Shown here: piece after piece, positions 27,423-38,200 of the stretch
Layout: every line of letters starts with the position of its first letter
Position numbering within the stretch: position 1 is the first letter of the stretch
Source: Thermoplasmatota archaeon
Lineage (GTDB): Archaea > Thermoplasmatota > JAKEGO01
DNA length: 64,000 bases
Direction: 5' to 3'
Assembly (NCBI GenBank): GCA_028279595.1
Contig: JANQNK010000007.1
Coordinates: forward strand, 1-64,000
Position numbers and translations under genes: made by a program
Notes under the pieces: model-generated
Told to the model about the DNA's origin: nothing
Database searches by the model: none
What the model saw: only the letters and a program-made list of their open reading frames with translations

Positions 27423-27689
27423 ATGAGAGCAATGATCCTCCCCGGAATCGCGGGCATACTCTTGATAGTCGCAATGGCATTGGCCTCCGCCGGTCAGAGG
27501 ATCGCAGCATTGCTGGTCCTCGCAGTCTTCTTCTTCTTCATCGTCCTGTCCATGATGGGATTCAGGAACGCTGCAAGACAACTACTCCTCCAGATGGACG
27601 CGGAGGACAGGGCCAGGAAGGCGGCCATGGAAGAAAGGGAACGGAAGAAGGCCGAGGCCCGGAAGCCGAGGAAGAAGGAAGAGGAGTGA
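27423..27689 (+). CDS. Small hypothetical membrane protein (2 TM + charged tail, 88 aa)
   Basis: ATG 27423; two hydrophobic helices then a Lys/Glu-rich tail; genome-like codons. Confidence 0.7.
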   Translation: MRAMILPGIAGILLIVAMALASAGQRIAALLVLAVFFFFIVLSMMGFRNAARQLLLQMDAEDRARKAAMEERERKKAEARKPRKKEEE

Positions 27690-27700
27690 CCATCCCTTCG

Positions 27701-27755
27701 GCGACATTGGTGAGACGCGTCGACCCCCGACCGGATCGGGGTCGAGCGCCGTCGC
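27701..27755 (+). repeat. Intergenic hairpin repeat, copy D
   Basis: GCGAC-ATTGGTGAGACGCG-TCGA-cccccga-ccgga-tcgggg-TCGA-GCG-CC-GTCGC. Confidence 0.75.
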
Positions 27756-27786
27756 TAACAGTTATTATCCTGTTTTAACAGAGCTT

Positions 27787-28980
27787 CTACTGTTTAGGTT
27801 TGAACGCTGACATCGAGCGGAGCCGCTCGACCACTTCCTCGATGACCTCGATCGTCCTGTCGATCTCCTCGGGTGTGTTCCGCTCGTCGAAACTGAACCT
27901 GATGGAGCCGTGGGCTTCCTCGTGGGAGCGTCCCATTGCGACGAGGACGTAGTTCGCCTGCAGATTCCAGGAAGCACAGGCGGAACCAGTTGACACTGCG
28001 ATGTCCTCCATGTCCAGGTATAGGGTTATGGCTTCACCCTCGATGAAATTGAACGTGATGTTGGCGAGGTCCGGCATCCCGATGGGCCTCTCCACACTGC
28101 AGAGCTCCACCGGTGAGTCGGGCACCTCGACCGGACTGTTCTGGAGCTTGTCCGTGATGTGGTCGAGCCCCGAGATGAGACGCTTCCTCAGGACGTTCGT
28201 ATGGGACCAGACCTCGTCCCTCTGACCGACCATGATGCCCACCGCCTCGCCGAAACCCGCTGCCGCCGGGATGTTCTCTGTTCCGCCGCGAGCCCTGTGG
28301 TACGAGGTGTCGCCCATTACATGCGGGGCGATCTTCAAACCGGACGGGAGGATGACCGCACCCGCACCGAGCGGCCCGGATATCTTGTGAGAACTGATCG
28401 TCAGCAGGTCGTACTCGAGCTTCGACATGTCTATCGGCATCTTCGCGAAGGCGTGGGCGGCGTCGGTGTGCAGGATGGCGTCGGACTTGTCACGTACGAC
28501 ATCCCTGATCGCCTTCAGCGGCTGGATGGCTCCGACCTCGTGATTGACGGCTTGAACGCTCACAAGTGTCGTGTCCTTCCGGAGAAGTCCAGCAAGATCG
28601 TCCATGTCCATGACGCCGTTCTTGTCGACCTTGGCGAAGTCGACATCGAATCCTGAAGTGCTCAGGCTCTTGGCCGGAGCGAGGACTGACGGCTGATCGA
28701 TGGATGATACGATGACATGTTTCCCCTTCGGGTTCGCGTGAGAGACGCCGACGATGGCGAGGTTGTTCGCCTCGGTCCCGCCGGACGTGAAGACGACATC
28801 GTTGTCGGTGTTGAGTTCGGAAGTTATCGCATTTCTAGACTCGTCCAGTGCGTCGACAGCGGCCATCGCCTCCTGGTACAGACCGGAGGGTGCGCCCACC
28901 TGCGGGATGAGGCTGCAGGCGCGGTGCGCCGCCTCTGGGAAGATGCGGCGCGAGCGATAGCTGTCAAGGTATATCCTCAT
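27787..28980 (-). CDS. iscS: Cysteine desulfurase (IscS/NifS group)
   Basis: FTSGGTEANN, HTDAAH, SSHK (PLP Lys), GGTEN, STGSAC (catalytic Cys), GSIRFS. Confidence 0.9.
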   Translation of the reverse strand: MRIYLDSYRSRRIFPEAAHRACSLIPQVGAPSGLYQEAMAAVDALDESRNAITSELNTDNDVVFTSGGTEANNLAIVGVSHANPKGKHVIVSSIDQPSVLAPAKSLSTSGFDVDFAKVDKNGVMDMDDLAGLLRKDTTLVSVQAVNHEVGAIQPLKAIRDVVRDKSDAILHTDAAHAFAKMPIDMSKLEYDLLTISSHKISGPLGAGAVILPSGLKIAPHVMGDTSYHRARGGTENIPAAAGFGEAVGIMVGQRDEVWSHTNVLRKRLISGLDHITDKLQNSPVEVPDSPVELCSVERPIGMPDLANITFNFIEGEAITLYLDMEDIAVSTGSACASWNLQANYVLVAMGRSHEEAHGSIRFSFDERNTPEEIDRTIEVIEEVVERLRSMSAFKPKQ

Positions 28981-29026
28981 CGTTCCGCAATCGGAAAGGG
29001 GGGTTTAAAGTTTAGGCCTTATGGAG

Positions 29027-32000
29027 TCAGGTCAGATAGGTCCCGCAGTTCGAACAGAACCTCTCGTCCTCATCCAAAGAAGCGTTGCATTCCGGACACT
29101 TCCGGTCCACCTCATCCTCGGGGATCTCGACAGGAGTCACCAATCCCTTGTAACCCTTCCCACCACGGTCGTAGTAGAGGTCATCGTCCTCCTCTTCCGC
29201 GGGTTCCGGCTCAGGTTCAGGTTCGAACTCAGTTTCGGGTGGCGGTCTGGCAAACTGCTCATGCTCGGGTCTCGGTCGCTCGTAAGGACTTGCAGGGGGA
29301 GGACCGGTCGGACCTCCTCCGCGCTCGTATCCTCGTGCCTCCCATTCGCCCTCTTTCGGGTCCATCCTCTCCCGAGGCCGGCCGAACTGCTCCCTATCGT
29401 AGAAGTGTTCAGCATGGTCCCCTCGAGGCGGCCCACCGACAGGCTCGGTGTTCCACTCTACGTCAGCATCCTCGGGCGGGGGTGCATGGCCAGGCAGCCT
29501 GTCATGAGGTGAACGGCGGTCACGGTACTCCTCCTCGGGAGGCCGTCTCGGATCGGGATCGCCCGGTTTCCAGCCCGGTGGTGGTCGATACATTCTCTCG
29601 TCCGGCGGAGGACCGCGCATCCGTCCCTCCTGCTCGGCCTTCTTCCTCTCTTCCTCCTCCTTCCGTTTCTTCTTCCGGCTGGAGGCGGCCGCGATCGCGC
29701 CGATGACGACGAAGATGGTGGTCAGGACGAGTCCGAGCATCAGGGGGTTCTGCGGAAGGCCTGTGAAGAACTCGATGATCTGGTCGGCGATCCCCTTCTG
29801 CTCCTCTTCATCTGGATCCTCCTCACCCGGAGGTTCGGCCTCAGCGTCGATCTCGAGCATAGCGGTGAACGCCTCACTGAAATTTCCGTCATCGTCGGTC
29901 ACGACGAGGGTAATGGTATGTGTACCGACACGGATGTCAGATTTGGTGAATGAGGGATTGGGCCCGTCGTAAAGTTCATCTCCGAGGAGGGTCGATGTCC
30001 AGAAGTAGTTCTCGACCATTCCGTCGACATCGGTTGCGGATGCTGTGAAGGTGATCGTCTGCCCGTACACTGCGGGATTCGGATCGAACGTGATACTGTT
30101 GATGACCGGAGGAATGTTGCCTCCGCTCGGGACGCTCTTGACCTCGAGCTCCTCGGTGACCCACTCGCTCCAGGCTCCGTCATCGTCCTGGCATCGGAAG
30201 GAGATGGTGTGGTTGCCGATGGAGAGGGTATCGGTCATAGTGGTATTATCAAGACCGTCGTAGAACTCCCCATCGACCGAGGAGGACCAGACATATCGTT
30301 CAACAGTTCCATTGTCGGTCCCGTTACCCTCGAAGGTCACGTTGAAGGTCTCGTAGGCCGGGGAAGGTGTGATGGACGTGATGGATGCGACTGGCGGATC
30401 GTTGGTATCGTTCGTCTGATTCGATTCATGGTTAATGGTGATCATAGCGGAGTCAGGTTCGCTCCAGTCCCCGTCGTCGTCCTGAACGGTAAACGATATT
30501 TGATGCTCACCGACGGAGAATTCTGAGTACTCAGTTCCATTCGATGTACTATTGTAAAACTCTCCATCAAGATCGGAAGTCCAAACGTATCGGACGACCG
30601 TACCATCAGCGTCAGTACCGTTGCCGAGAAAGGTAATGTTCTGGCCGAAGCCACCCGATGACGGGTCGATCATAACAATGATACCGACCGGAAGTTCGTT
30701 TGGTGTACGGGACCCATTTGGGACCATCAGCGGAAAGTTGTCCTTACTTGCTCCCTCGATCTCATAAGGGGTGTCCCCCACCCCGTCTCCGTCCGTGTCA
30801 TTCCCTAGATAGTCGGACCAGTAGTTGCCCTCAAAACCGTCATCCCAATCGTTGTACCTGTGGGCATATGCCTGTGGAGAAATTCCGCTGTCCATGAAAA
30901 CGTTGTCAACGACCACGTTATTAGAACTATAGTACGCGAGACGAAGTGCCTCCTTTCCGTTCCCACAAAAGGTATTATTCTCTATCAGATTGAAACTCCC
31001 TGTATTGATTTCCATCCCGACAAGATGATTGTCTACGAAAGATGAGTTTAAAATCATACTGTTATCGGCGTCCATGTATACTGCTTCAGAGTACCAGCTA
31101 TCGTACGAATTCCTTCGGAAAGTGCATCCATCGATAGTAATGTTCGTAGCATCGTCCGCGTATATGGCATACTCACCATTGTCCCGCATGATACTATCCT
31201 GAATATTGATATCCAAGGAATTGTATAGGTATATCCCGACCCTAGCTTCCGATATTTCACACGAGGCGATCGAAAAATTGTCCGAAAAACCGATCTGGAC
31301 TGGGAATCCGCCCGAATTGGAGTTCCAACCGAATGCCGTTATTTCTGTGCAATTCCCGATAAGATAATGTGCATTCGGATCGTCCATCAGAACATTGGCT
31401 TCATTTCGATGATAGTAGAAGGGATTTCCATTAACAGTAGTATTTCCTATGTTGTGGGTGACCCAATGGTCGATCTCGTCGCCTAGAATACGTATTCCTG
31501 CAGAGTCGAATGTACAGTCAATGATCGTTTCGTTCAGACTCCTCCAGATCTCTATGCCGTTGTACTCGAAATCACAGTTCTTAACCGTAATTTCATCTTC
31601 GGCAAGAGTTATCGCGGCATTGGAATTTCCTTCAAATGTACAGTCCACAACCTGGCTGGATTGGGTGCTTCCCTGGATTTCAATATCTGTTACAGTGTTA
31701 TTATAGAATCTACATCCTATGATGCTTGTAGATTCCGCGAGCATGACAAACATGCCCAGCTCCGCGTTGCCATAAATTGCACAGTCCTGGATGATCACAC
31801 CTGATACATGAGAAATATCAATGCCGGCAGTAGACTTGGTCTCGTCGCCGCCACCCTTGACCCCTAGGTCACGAATAGATACCCACGCGGATACCTCGAT
31901 GGTCGTATCAGAACCTTGACCATCGATAATCGTATTTGTGGAACCAGACCCATTGATGTATAGAGGTTTCCCAATGTAAACGTTTTCCTCGTACGTCCCT

Positions 32001-32182
32001 GGCCGAATCTTGATCTCGTCAAAATCAGTGGCATTCGCTATCGCATCCCCAATGGTCGTGTAATCGACTCCACCCCCTCCGTCATCATCCACGATGATCG
32101 TTTCCCCGACAACTCCGTTAGGTGTGAATATCAAGACCACAGCGACAAGCATCACGACGACGAGGAGCCTCCTGGCAGACAT
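29027..32182 (-). CDS. Membrane-anchored surface protein: parallel beta-helix (NosD/CASH-like) + 3 PKD-like + TM + Pro/acidic tail + Zn ribbon
   Basis: Signal peptide, IVDDDG...Y.TI.DAI, GNYWSDY.G.D.DGDG.GDTPY, three D.DG....Y.W.S modules, TM, CPEC...FCSNCG. Confidence 0.88.
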   Translation of the reverse strand: MSARRLLVVVMLVAVVLIFTPNGVVGETIIVDDDGGGGVDYTTIGDAIANATDFDEIKIRPGTYEENVYIGKPLYINGSGSTNTIIDGQGSDTTIEVSAWVSIRDLGVKGGGDETKSTAGIDISHVSGVIIQDCAIYGNAELGMFVMLAESTSIIGCRFYNNTVTDIEIQGSTQSSQVVDCTFEGNSNAAITLAEDEITVKNCDFEYNGIEIWRSLNETIIDCTFDSAGIRILGDEIDHWVTHNIGNTTVNGNPFYYHRNEANVLMDDPNAHYLIGNCTEITAFGWNSNSGGFPVQIGFSDNFSIASCEISEARVGIYLYNSLDINIQDSIMRDNGEYAIYADDATNITIDGCTFRRNSYDSWYSEAVYMDADNSMILNSSFVDNHLVGMEINTGSFNLIENNTFCGNGKEALRLAYYSSNNVVVDNVFMDSGISPQAYAHRYNDWDDGFEGNYWSDYLGNDTDGDGVGDTPYEIEGASKDNFPLMVPNGSRTPNELPVGIIVMIDPSSGGFGQNITFLGNGTDADGTVVRYVWTSDLDGEFYNSTSNGTEYSEFSVGEHQISFTVQDDDGDWSEPDSAMITINHESNQTNDTNDPPVASITSITPSPAYETFNVTFEGNGTDNGTVERYVWSSSVDGEFYDGLDNTTMTDTLSIGNHTISFRCQDDDGAWSEWVTEELEVKSVPSGGNIPPVINSITFDPNPAVYGQTITFTASATDVDGMVENYFWTSTLLGDELYDGPNPSFTKSDIRVGTHTITLVVTDDDGNFSEAFTAMLEIDAEAEPPGEEDPDEEEQKGIADQIIEFFTGLPQNPLMLGLVLTTIFVVIGAIAAASSRKKKRKEEEERKKAEQEGRMRGPPPDERMYRPPPGWKPGDPDPRRPPEEEYRDRRSPHDRLPGHAPPPEDADVEWNTEPVGGPPRGDHAEHFYDREQFGRPRERMDPKEGEWEARGYERGGGPTGPPPASPYERPRPEHEQFARPPPETEFEPEPEPEPAEEEDDDLYYDRGGKGYKGLVTPVEIPEDEVDRKCPECNASLDEDERFCSNCGTYLT

Positions 32183-32227
32183 GATTATCCCACCGGCCAA
32201 TCGCACTCTGGATAGTTAACGATTTCG

Positions 32228-35200
32228 TCAGCCTAGATACGTACCGCACTCCTCGCAGAACCGGGCTCCCTCCTCGATGGGGTTATTGCACTCTGGGCAT
32301 GGGAAGGTGTCGATGACCTGCATCTCGTCGTCCTTGGGTTCCTCGACAACAGGTCCGGATGAGTACTCGTATTCCGATGATTCCGGTTCATCGTAATCCG
32401 TTTCAGATGGGGCGTAGGGTTGATCGTAGTCACCCGGTCTCTCAGGTTCTTCATCTAAAGGTTCGTCCATCGAAGGGATCACCTGGTATCCCATCGGTTC
32501 CTGAGGTGGTATCCGGTCCCGTACTCCATGCTGAGGTATTTTCCTCTCGACAGATGTTGAAGTGGATCCGTCCTTTCCTCTCGGGCTGCTCGAAGCTCCC
32601 TTTTTCCGATCTATCAGTACCAAGATCAGGATGACCACGATGATCATCGATATCAAAAGGAGTAAAAATGGATTCCCGAGTAGGCCTTTGTCTGACGCAC
32701 TATCATCCCCATCAGGTTCGGTTCCAGGATCAGCCTGGACGGTGAAGGTGGTAGATCCAATGTTGTTATCCTCATTCGACTCGTTGACCTTCCCTGCTGG
32801 GTCGATCATTGCATCAATGTTGTAGTGACCGTGGTCCAAGTTCAATTCGAACGTCACAGTGATTGCGTCTAGAAGCATTATCGTAACTGATTTATTTGCG
32901 ATCTCATCGCCATCTTCAAATGACAACGATACTGAAATATCATTTAAGGTGAGAGTGCCAGAATTCCAAATAGTCACATTGATGAGGACAACATCTCCCT
33001 CCATCGGTGTGATAGGGTATACGGTAATATCGTCATTGGTAATGATCAGATCGGGTAGATAGGGTTCTACGACTTGGACTGAAATGGATGCATTGTTGTT
33101 CAACAACAGGGTCTCGTTGAATTCCCCATCAGGATTGACACGGATGTTCACATCGAAGAGCCCGGATTCGGACGGTGTCCAGTTGAATTGGACCACCGAG
33201 TAGCTCTTGTTGGTGACCGTGACCTCGGTCGAATCGACATGATTGCCGCTCAACCAGAATTCTACGGTTGCATTCTCGGCGTCCTCGATGCCATTGTTCG
33301 AAACGATAACATTTATCTCAGTATATTCACCGACCTCGGGCATTGCCGGATTAAGAGCGATGGTTGACTCGCTAATGGAGAGCTCGACATCGGAGAGTTC
33401 CCATGCAAGGACACTGAAAGTAATATTATTGTTCGATGTATTGAGCTCAGGTTCATAGTAAATAATCTGAACAGAGACTTGAATCGTTCCAGATTCAAGA
33501 GGTGTCCATTGAATATCGATCAGGGATTCTGAAAGGGCGTTTACATCTACTGTCTCATCATGTGTATGATTTCCAATTGCGATCGCAACTGATACATTAG
33601 ACGCATTCCCTTGTCCTTCATTATGGATAGAGAAATTAATATTGTAAACAGAATCGATGTAGACAATGTGAGGAATATCAACATCTCCCCGTTCTATGGA
33701 TAAGTCGGGAAGGTATGGAAGAATTGTTAAAGTGATAGAATACGGGATGCCCCATTCAGTCCCATTATCCATTACCCTGAAACGGATTGTATGATTTCCA
33801 ACGGAGAGTTTAGAATAATTGATCGAAGCTTCTGACCCGTTGTAGAACTCACCATCGATAGATGATGTCCAGGAATATTGAACGATAGTTCCATCGGTAT
33901 CATTTCCGTGACCAATGAAGGTAATAATTTCCCCATTGAATTCGGAATTGCGCAAGATATTATCAATTTCCGCCACTGGTTTCTGGTTAACGTAAGGTGC
34001 TTTGACGATAACAGAAAGATTCGAAATCGCGTTATCGCTCCAGAGACTTCCATTGTCCATAACTCTGAAGATGATCGTATGATTCCCCAGTGACAGGCCA
34101 TCAGTGAAGGTTGTGTTGGAACTCCCGTTGTAGAATTCCCCGTCGATCGAAGAAGACCATACATACCTCGAGATATTCCCATCCACATCGACTCCCAATC
34201 CTCGGAAGTAAATGGTACTACCATTGGACGCAGGATTTGGAGAAATGTCAACAATTGATGCCGTTGGATATTCGTTCCCATTCGGTAATGAGCCATTCCA
34301 TGGATTCATCAATGGATAACGATCCTCGTTCCCGCTGCTACCATCAATCTGATAAGGGGTATCTCCGATGCCATCTACGTTCTCGTCAGAACCGTTGTAA
34401 TCGGACCAATGGTTTCCTATGGATCCGTTATCCCAATAATTAGAAGGTTCTTGGTCGGCTACTTGTATGCCGCCCAGGTTGTTGAAAATAAAATTGTTGA
34501 GGAAAAATCGGTTCCCATCACACCCAGCTTCGATTTGGATTCCGATCAATTGATTTCTTACGATTGCGTTATTCATGAACCTGTTATCGTCACTATTGAC
34601 CTCGAAGGTAACACCGTAGGAATTATTGTGAATGGAGTTGTTGGTGAATTCACAACTGCTTTGATACCCAAATGGACTATACATGTTCCTATCCAAATGG
34701 ATTCCATTGAGGCACCCTGAGATAGTATTGTTATCAATGATCGAGTCTGATGTCCCTTGGAGTTCCATACCTGAGAGGTTGCTCGAGGTGATAATATTTC
34801 CAAATATCAATGCATCTTTCGATCCATGGTCCTCGATACCGTAATCATTCTCTACCAAGGTATTATTGAGAATTTGCGAATGTTCAGTGGAAGCAAGATA
34901 GATCCCACTCCTGTCGTTCGAACATACATTCGATATGACACGGTTCCAATCTGAGTGGGATACAGTAATGGTGTTCTTGCAGTTGTTGTCGGTGATCAAG
35001 TTATGATGCGATTGTTGTGTGATCTGGATGCCAGAGTCGTAATTCCGATCACATGTGTTGTTCCTCACCGTACAATTAGAAGTGAAATAGAGATCGATCC
35101 CCGAGCTCATTGAATCACAGACATAGTTGTTCTCTATCAATGAATTGTTTGATTTGTATAGATGGATTGCCTCGAATGAGCTCGAATTAACGATATTGCC

Positions 35201-38200
35201 AGAGATCGTTAATCCACTCGAATAAGCCGCAATGATACCTGTTCCCCCACCACTGAGATCTCGACCAATGATGGAAACATCTGAACAGTCCACGAGTATG
35301 ATCTGTCCCGAACCATTCGGAATGTCAATCCCATCCTGATCGATACGGTAGTGAACAGGTCGGTCGTTCACGGTATTTGTGCCATCGACTGAATGTGTCC
35401 TCCAACCTCTGGGGTCATGTGTGTGAATCCAAAGTCCACAGGAATACATGCTATTGTTCAATATCGTGTGTTCGATCGCTCGATTTAGGTAAACTCCGAC
35501 ACGAGCCGTGATGTTGTTCCAGATGATTGTGTTCGAAAACGAATCTACAGTATAGACACCAGTATATGAATCCTGTATGCGATTCCCTTCGATGGTATTG
35601 TTATTCGATTCTCTTAAGTAAACGCCGTTAAAATCACAGTTGATGGTATTATTGCTGATCGTGCTGTTCGTTGTGTCCGAGATCCAGATCCCGTGATTCG
35701 TAGTATTCGTGAGACGATTCCACATTATTGTACAATTATCCACACCATCAATGTCGATCGCGCTTGAGGAGTAGTCCTGTCCACTGTTTGTCAATGTGAA
35801 TGCTGAGAAGTTCGTTCCATCCGCACGGATTTGTACGACATCACCATCTCCACCACCATCAATGATGGATTGAGAGCTTCCATTCCCAATGAGGGATATC
35901 GAACGGTATACGACCACCTCATCGTAATAATAGCCTTCATAAACGAGGATCGTATCCCCGGGGATCGAGGCATTGACCGCATCTTGGATCTGTTCGAAAT
36001 CGGCCCACGAGCCGTTATCATCGTCGACGATCCAGACCTTGGTTTCCCTAATGATGATTGTCCCGTTCCACGGATTCATCAATGGATAGCGGTCCTCTGA
36101 ATTCGAGTCGCCCCCGAGCTCATATGGGGTATCTCCGATCCCATCTCCATTTATATCCTCCCCGTCATAATCAAACCAGTAATTACCCTTCGATCCGTCG
36201 TCCCATACGTTGTCTTCACCGTCATCGATCGCACTATTATCGTAAATCGAGTTAAGATAGATCGAATTGTTCTTAGAGGCCGAATGGATTTGGATCGCGT
36301 AATTATCAAAATCCATAACGGTGTTGTTCCAAAATGTGTTATTGTTTGATGTCCAGAAGTAGATCCCAGAATGAGTTCCCGAATTCAGGATACAGTTCGA
36401 TATTGAATTATTCCTTGAATCTTCACCGATATGGATACCGTATCGTGAATCATTGATCTGGCAGTAGGTGATTTGATTATCACGAGAATTCACTGTGCGA
36501 ATACTTCCGCCACCGCTGGCTCCGTTCTCAATAAAAGTGCAATTCATAACTAGGTTTGAATGGGATCTAAATAGTGCCAAGCCACAGATATCGTTGTTCA
36601 ACAATGAAAGGTTGGAGATCCGATTTCGATGACTACCACGGAAGACCAATCCATACCAATCACCGTGTTGTATTGTGCAATTGGCAATCAAGTTGTTGTC
36701 AGAAACCACCTCGACTGCGGAGTCTGTATCCTCCTCATCCAAACATCTGATAAAGAACCCAGAAAAGCCCACTCCATCCGAAGATATGTTCACACCCGTC
36801 TCATTGCCTCGAACATCAATGATCGTATCTCGCGATCCATTCCCAACGATATCAACGGTTACATCAACATGTAATCCTTCGAAATACGTTCCGTTGTAGA
36901 CCAGGATAGTATCTCCATTCAACGATGCATCGATCGCATCCTGTATCTCCGTATAATTGGCCCAAGTACCGCCATCATCGTCGACGATCCAGGTCCTCGG
37001 ATCTCTTGTGGTGTTCACATAGGTACCATTCCACGGGTTCATCAATGGGTATCTATCCTCAGCCGAAGTGGTCCCATCTATGGAGTATTCAGTGTCTCCG
37101 ATCCCATTCCCATCATTGTCCGAACCCGAATAATCCGACCAGTAGTTACCAATGGACCCATTGTCCCAAGTGTTGTAACCATCAGTTTCGAAACCTTGGG
37201 GATCGAATCCATTATCAATGAAGTTATTGTGGTAGAGCCAATTGTCATCCGAATCATCGGCAGCAGCACCCCAGTAACCGTTCTGTATGAATTCATTGGC
37301 AGTGAGGATATTATCCGTGCAGTCCAACAGGAAAAGACCGTAGTACGAGTTGTTTTTTAGACTGTTGTTGACGACCAGGTTCCCAGTAGAATTGATGAGA
37401 TACAACCCGAGAACATCGTTTTGATCGAACGAATTATTCTCTATCACGTTGTCATCAGACCAATCGAGGACAGTGGCGAAGAACCAGTTCGACTCGATCT
37501 GGTTGTCAGTGATGTGGTTGTCATGAGATCGATTCAGGAATACACCGACTCCCGTATTATCGTTGATCAGATTATCATCGATGGTTATGTTCTCTGACAT
37601 CATGAGTACCACGGCGATCACGTTCCGCGAAATATTGTTACTTGATATGGTACAATTATCGGAGTAAGCGATCTGTATTCCACCAGAGGAGGCATTTATG
37701 ATCAGATTCTCGAGGGTAACTCCAGTGCAGTTTGCGAGGAGTACCTGGCTGGTGTTAGTAGGAACGTTACCGGAACTGATATTGGTATAGTACCTAATCG
37801 GTCTTGACCACAACAGGTTCGTCGGGTCTATCGTGTGACTTACGAATTGGAACGGGCCATCCCCTGTGAACGATATCCCTCCGAGGACCATACTGTTATT
37901 GTGAAGATATACCCTGGTCGAACGATTGAGGTTTATTCCGTAACAGATGTAGAAATTGTTGTAGGAAACCTCGCAGCGATCCCCCCGGACCTCGATGCCG
38001 GCCGCATTTTTATCAATGCTTGCGTTCGTAAGATTGAAGCCTGATATACTGCATCTGTCTGCCGTTATGTTCACAACATTGCCGATACCTAGGCCGTCGA
38101 TCGTAGTATTGGAACTTCCGTTACCGATGATTTCTAATGTTCTGATCACCTCAACGGTCTCGAGATATGTCCCATTATAGACTATTATTATATCTCCACC

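Noticed and set aside
27335-27755. Integron attC sites
   Set aside because: No RYYYAAC...GTTRRRY ends on either strand and no integrase; only the architecture is similar.
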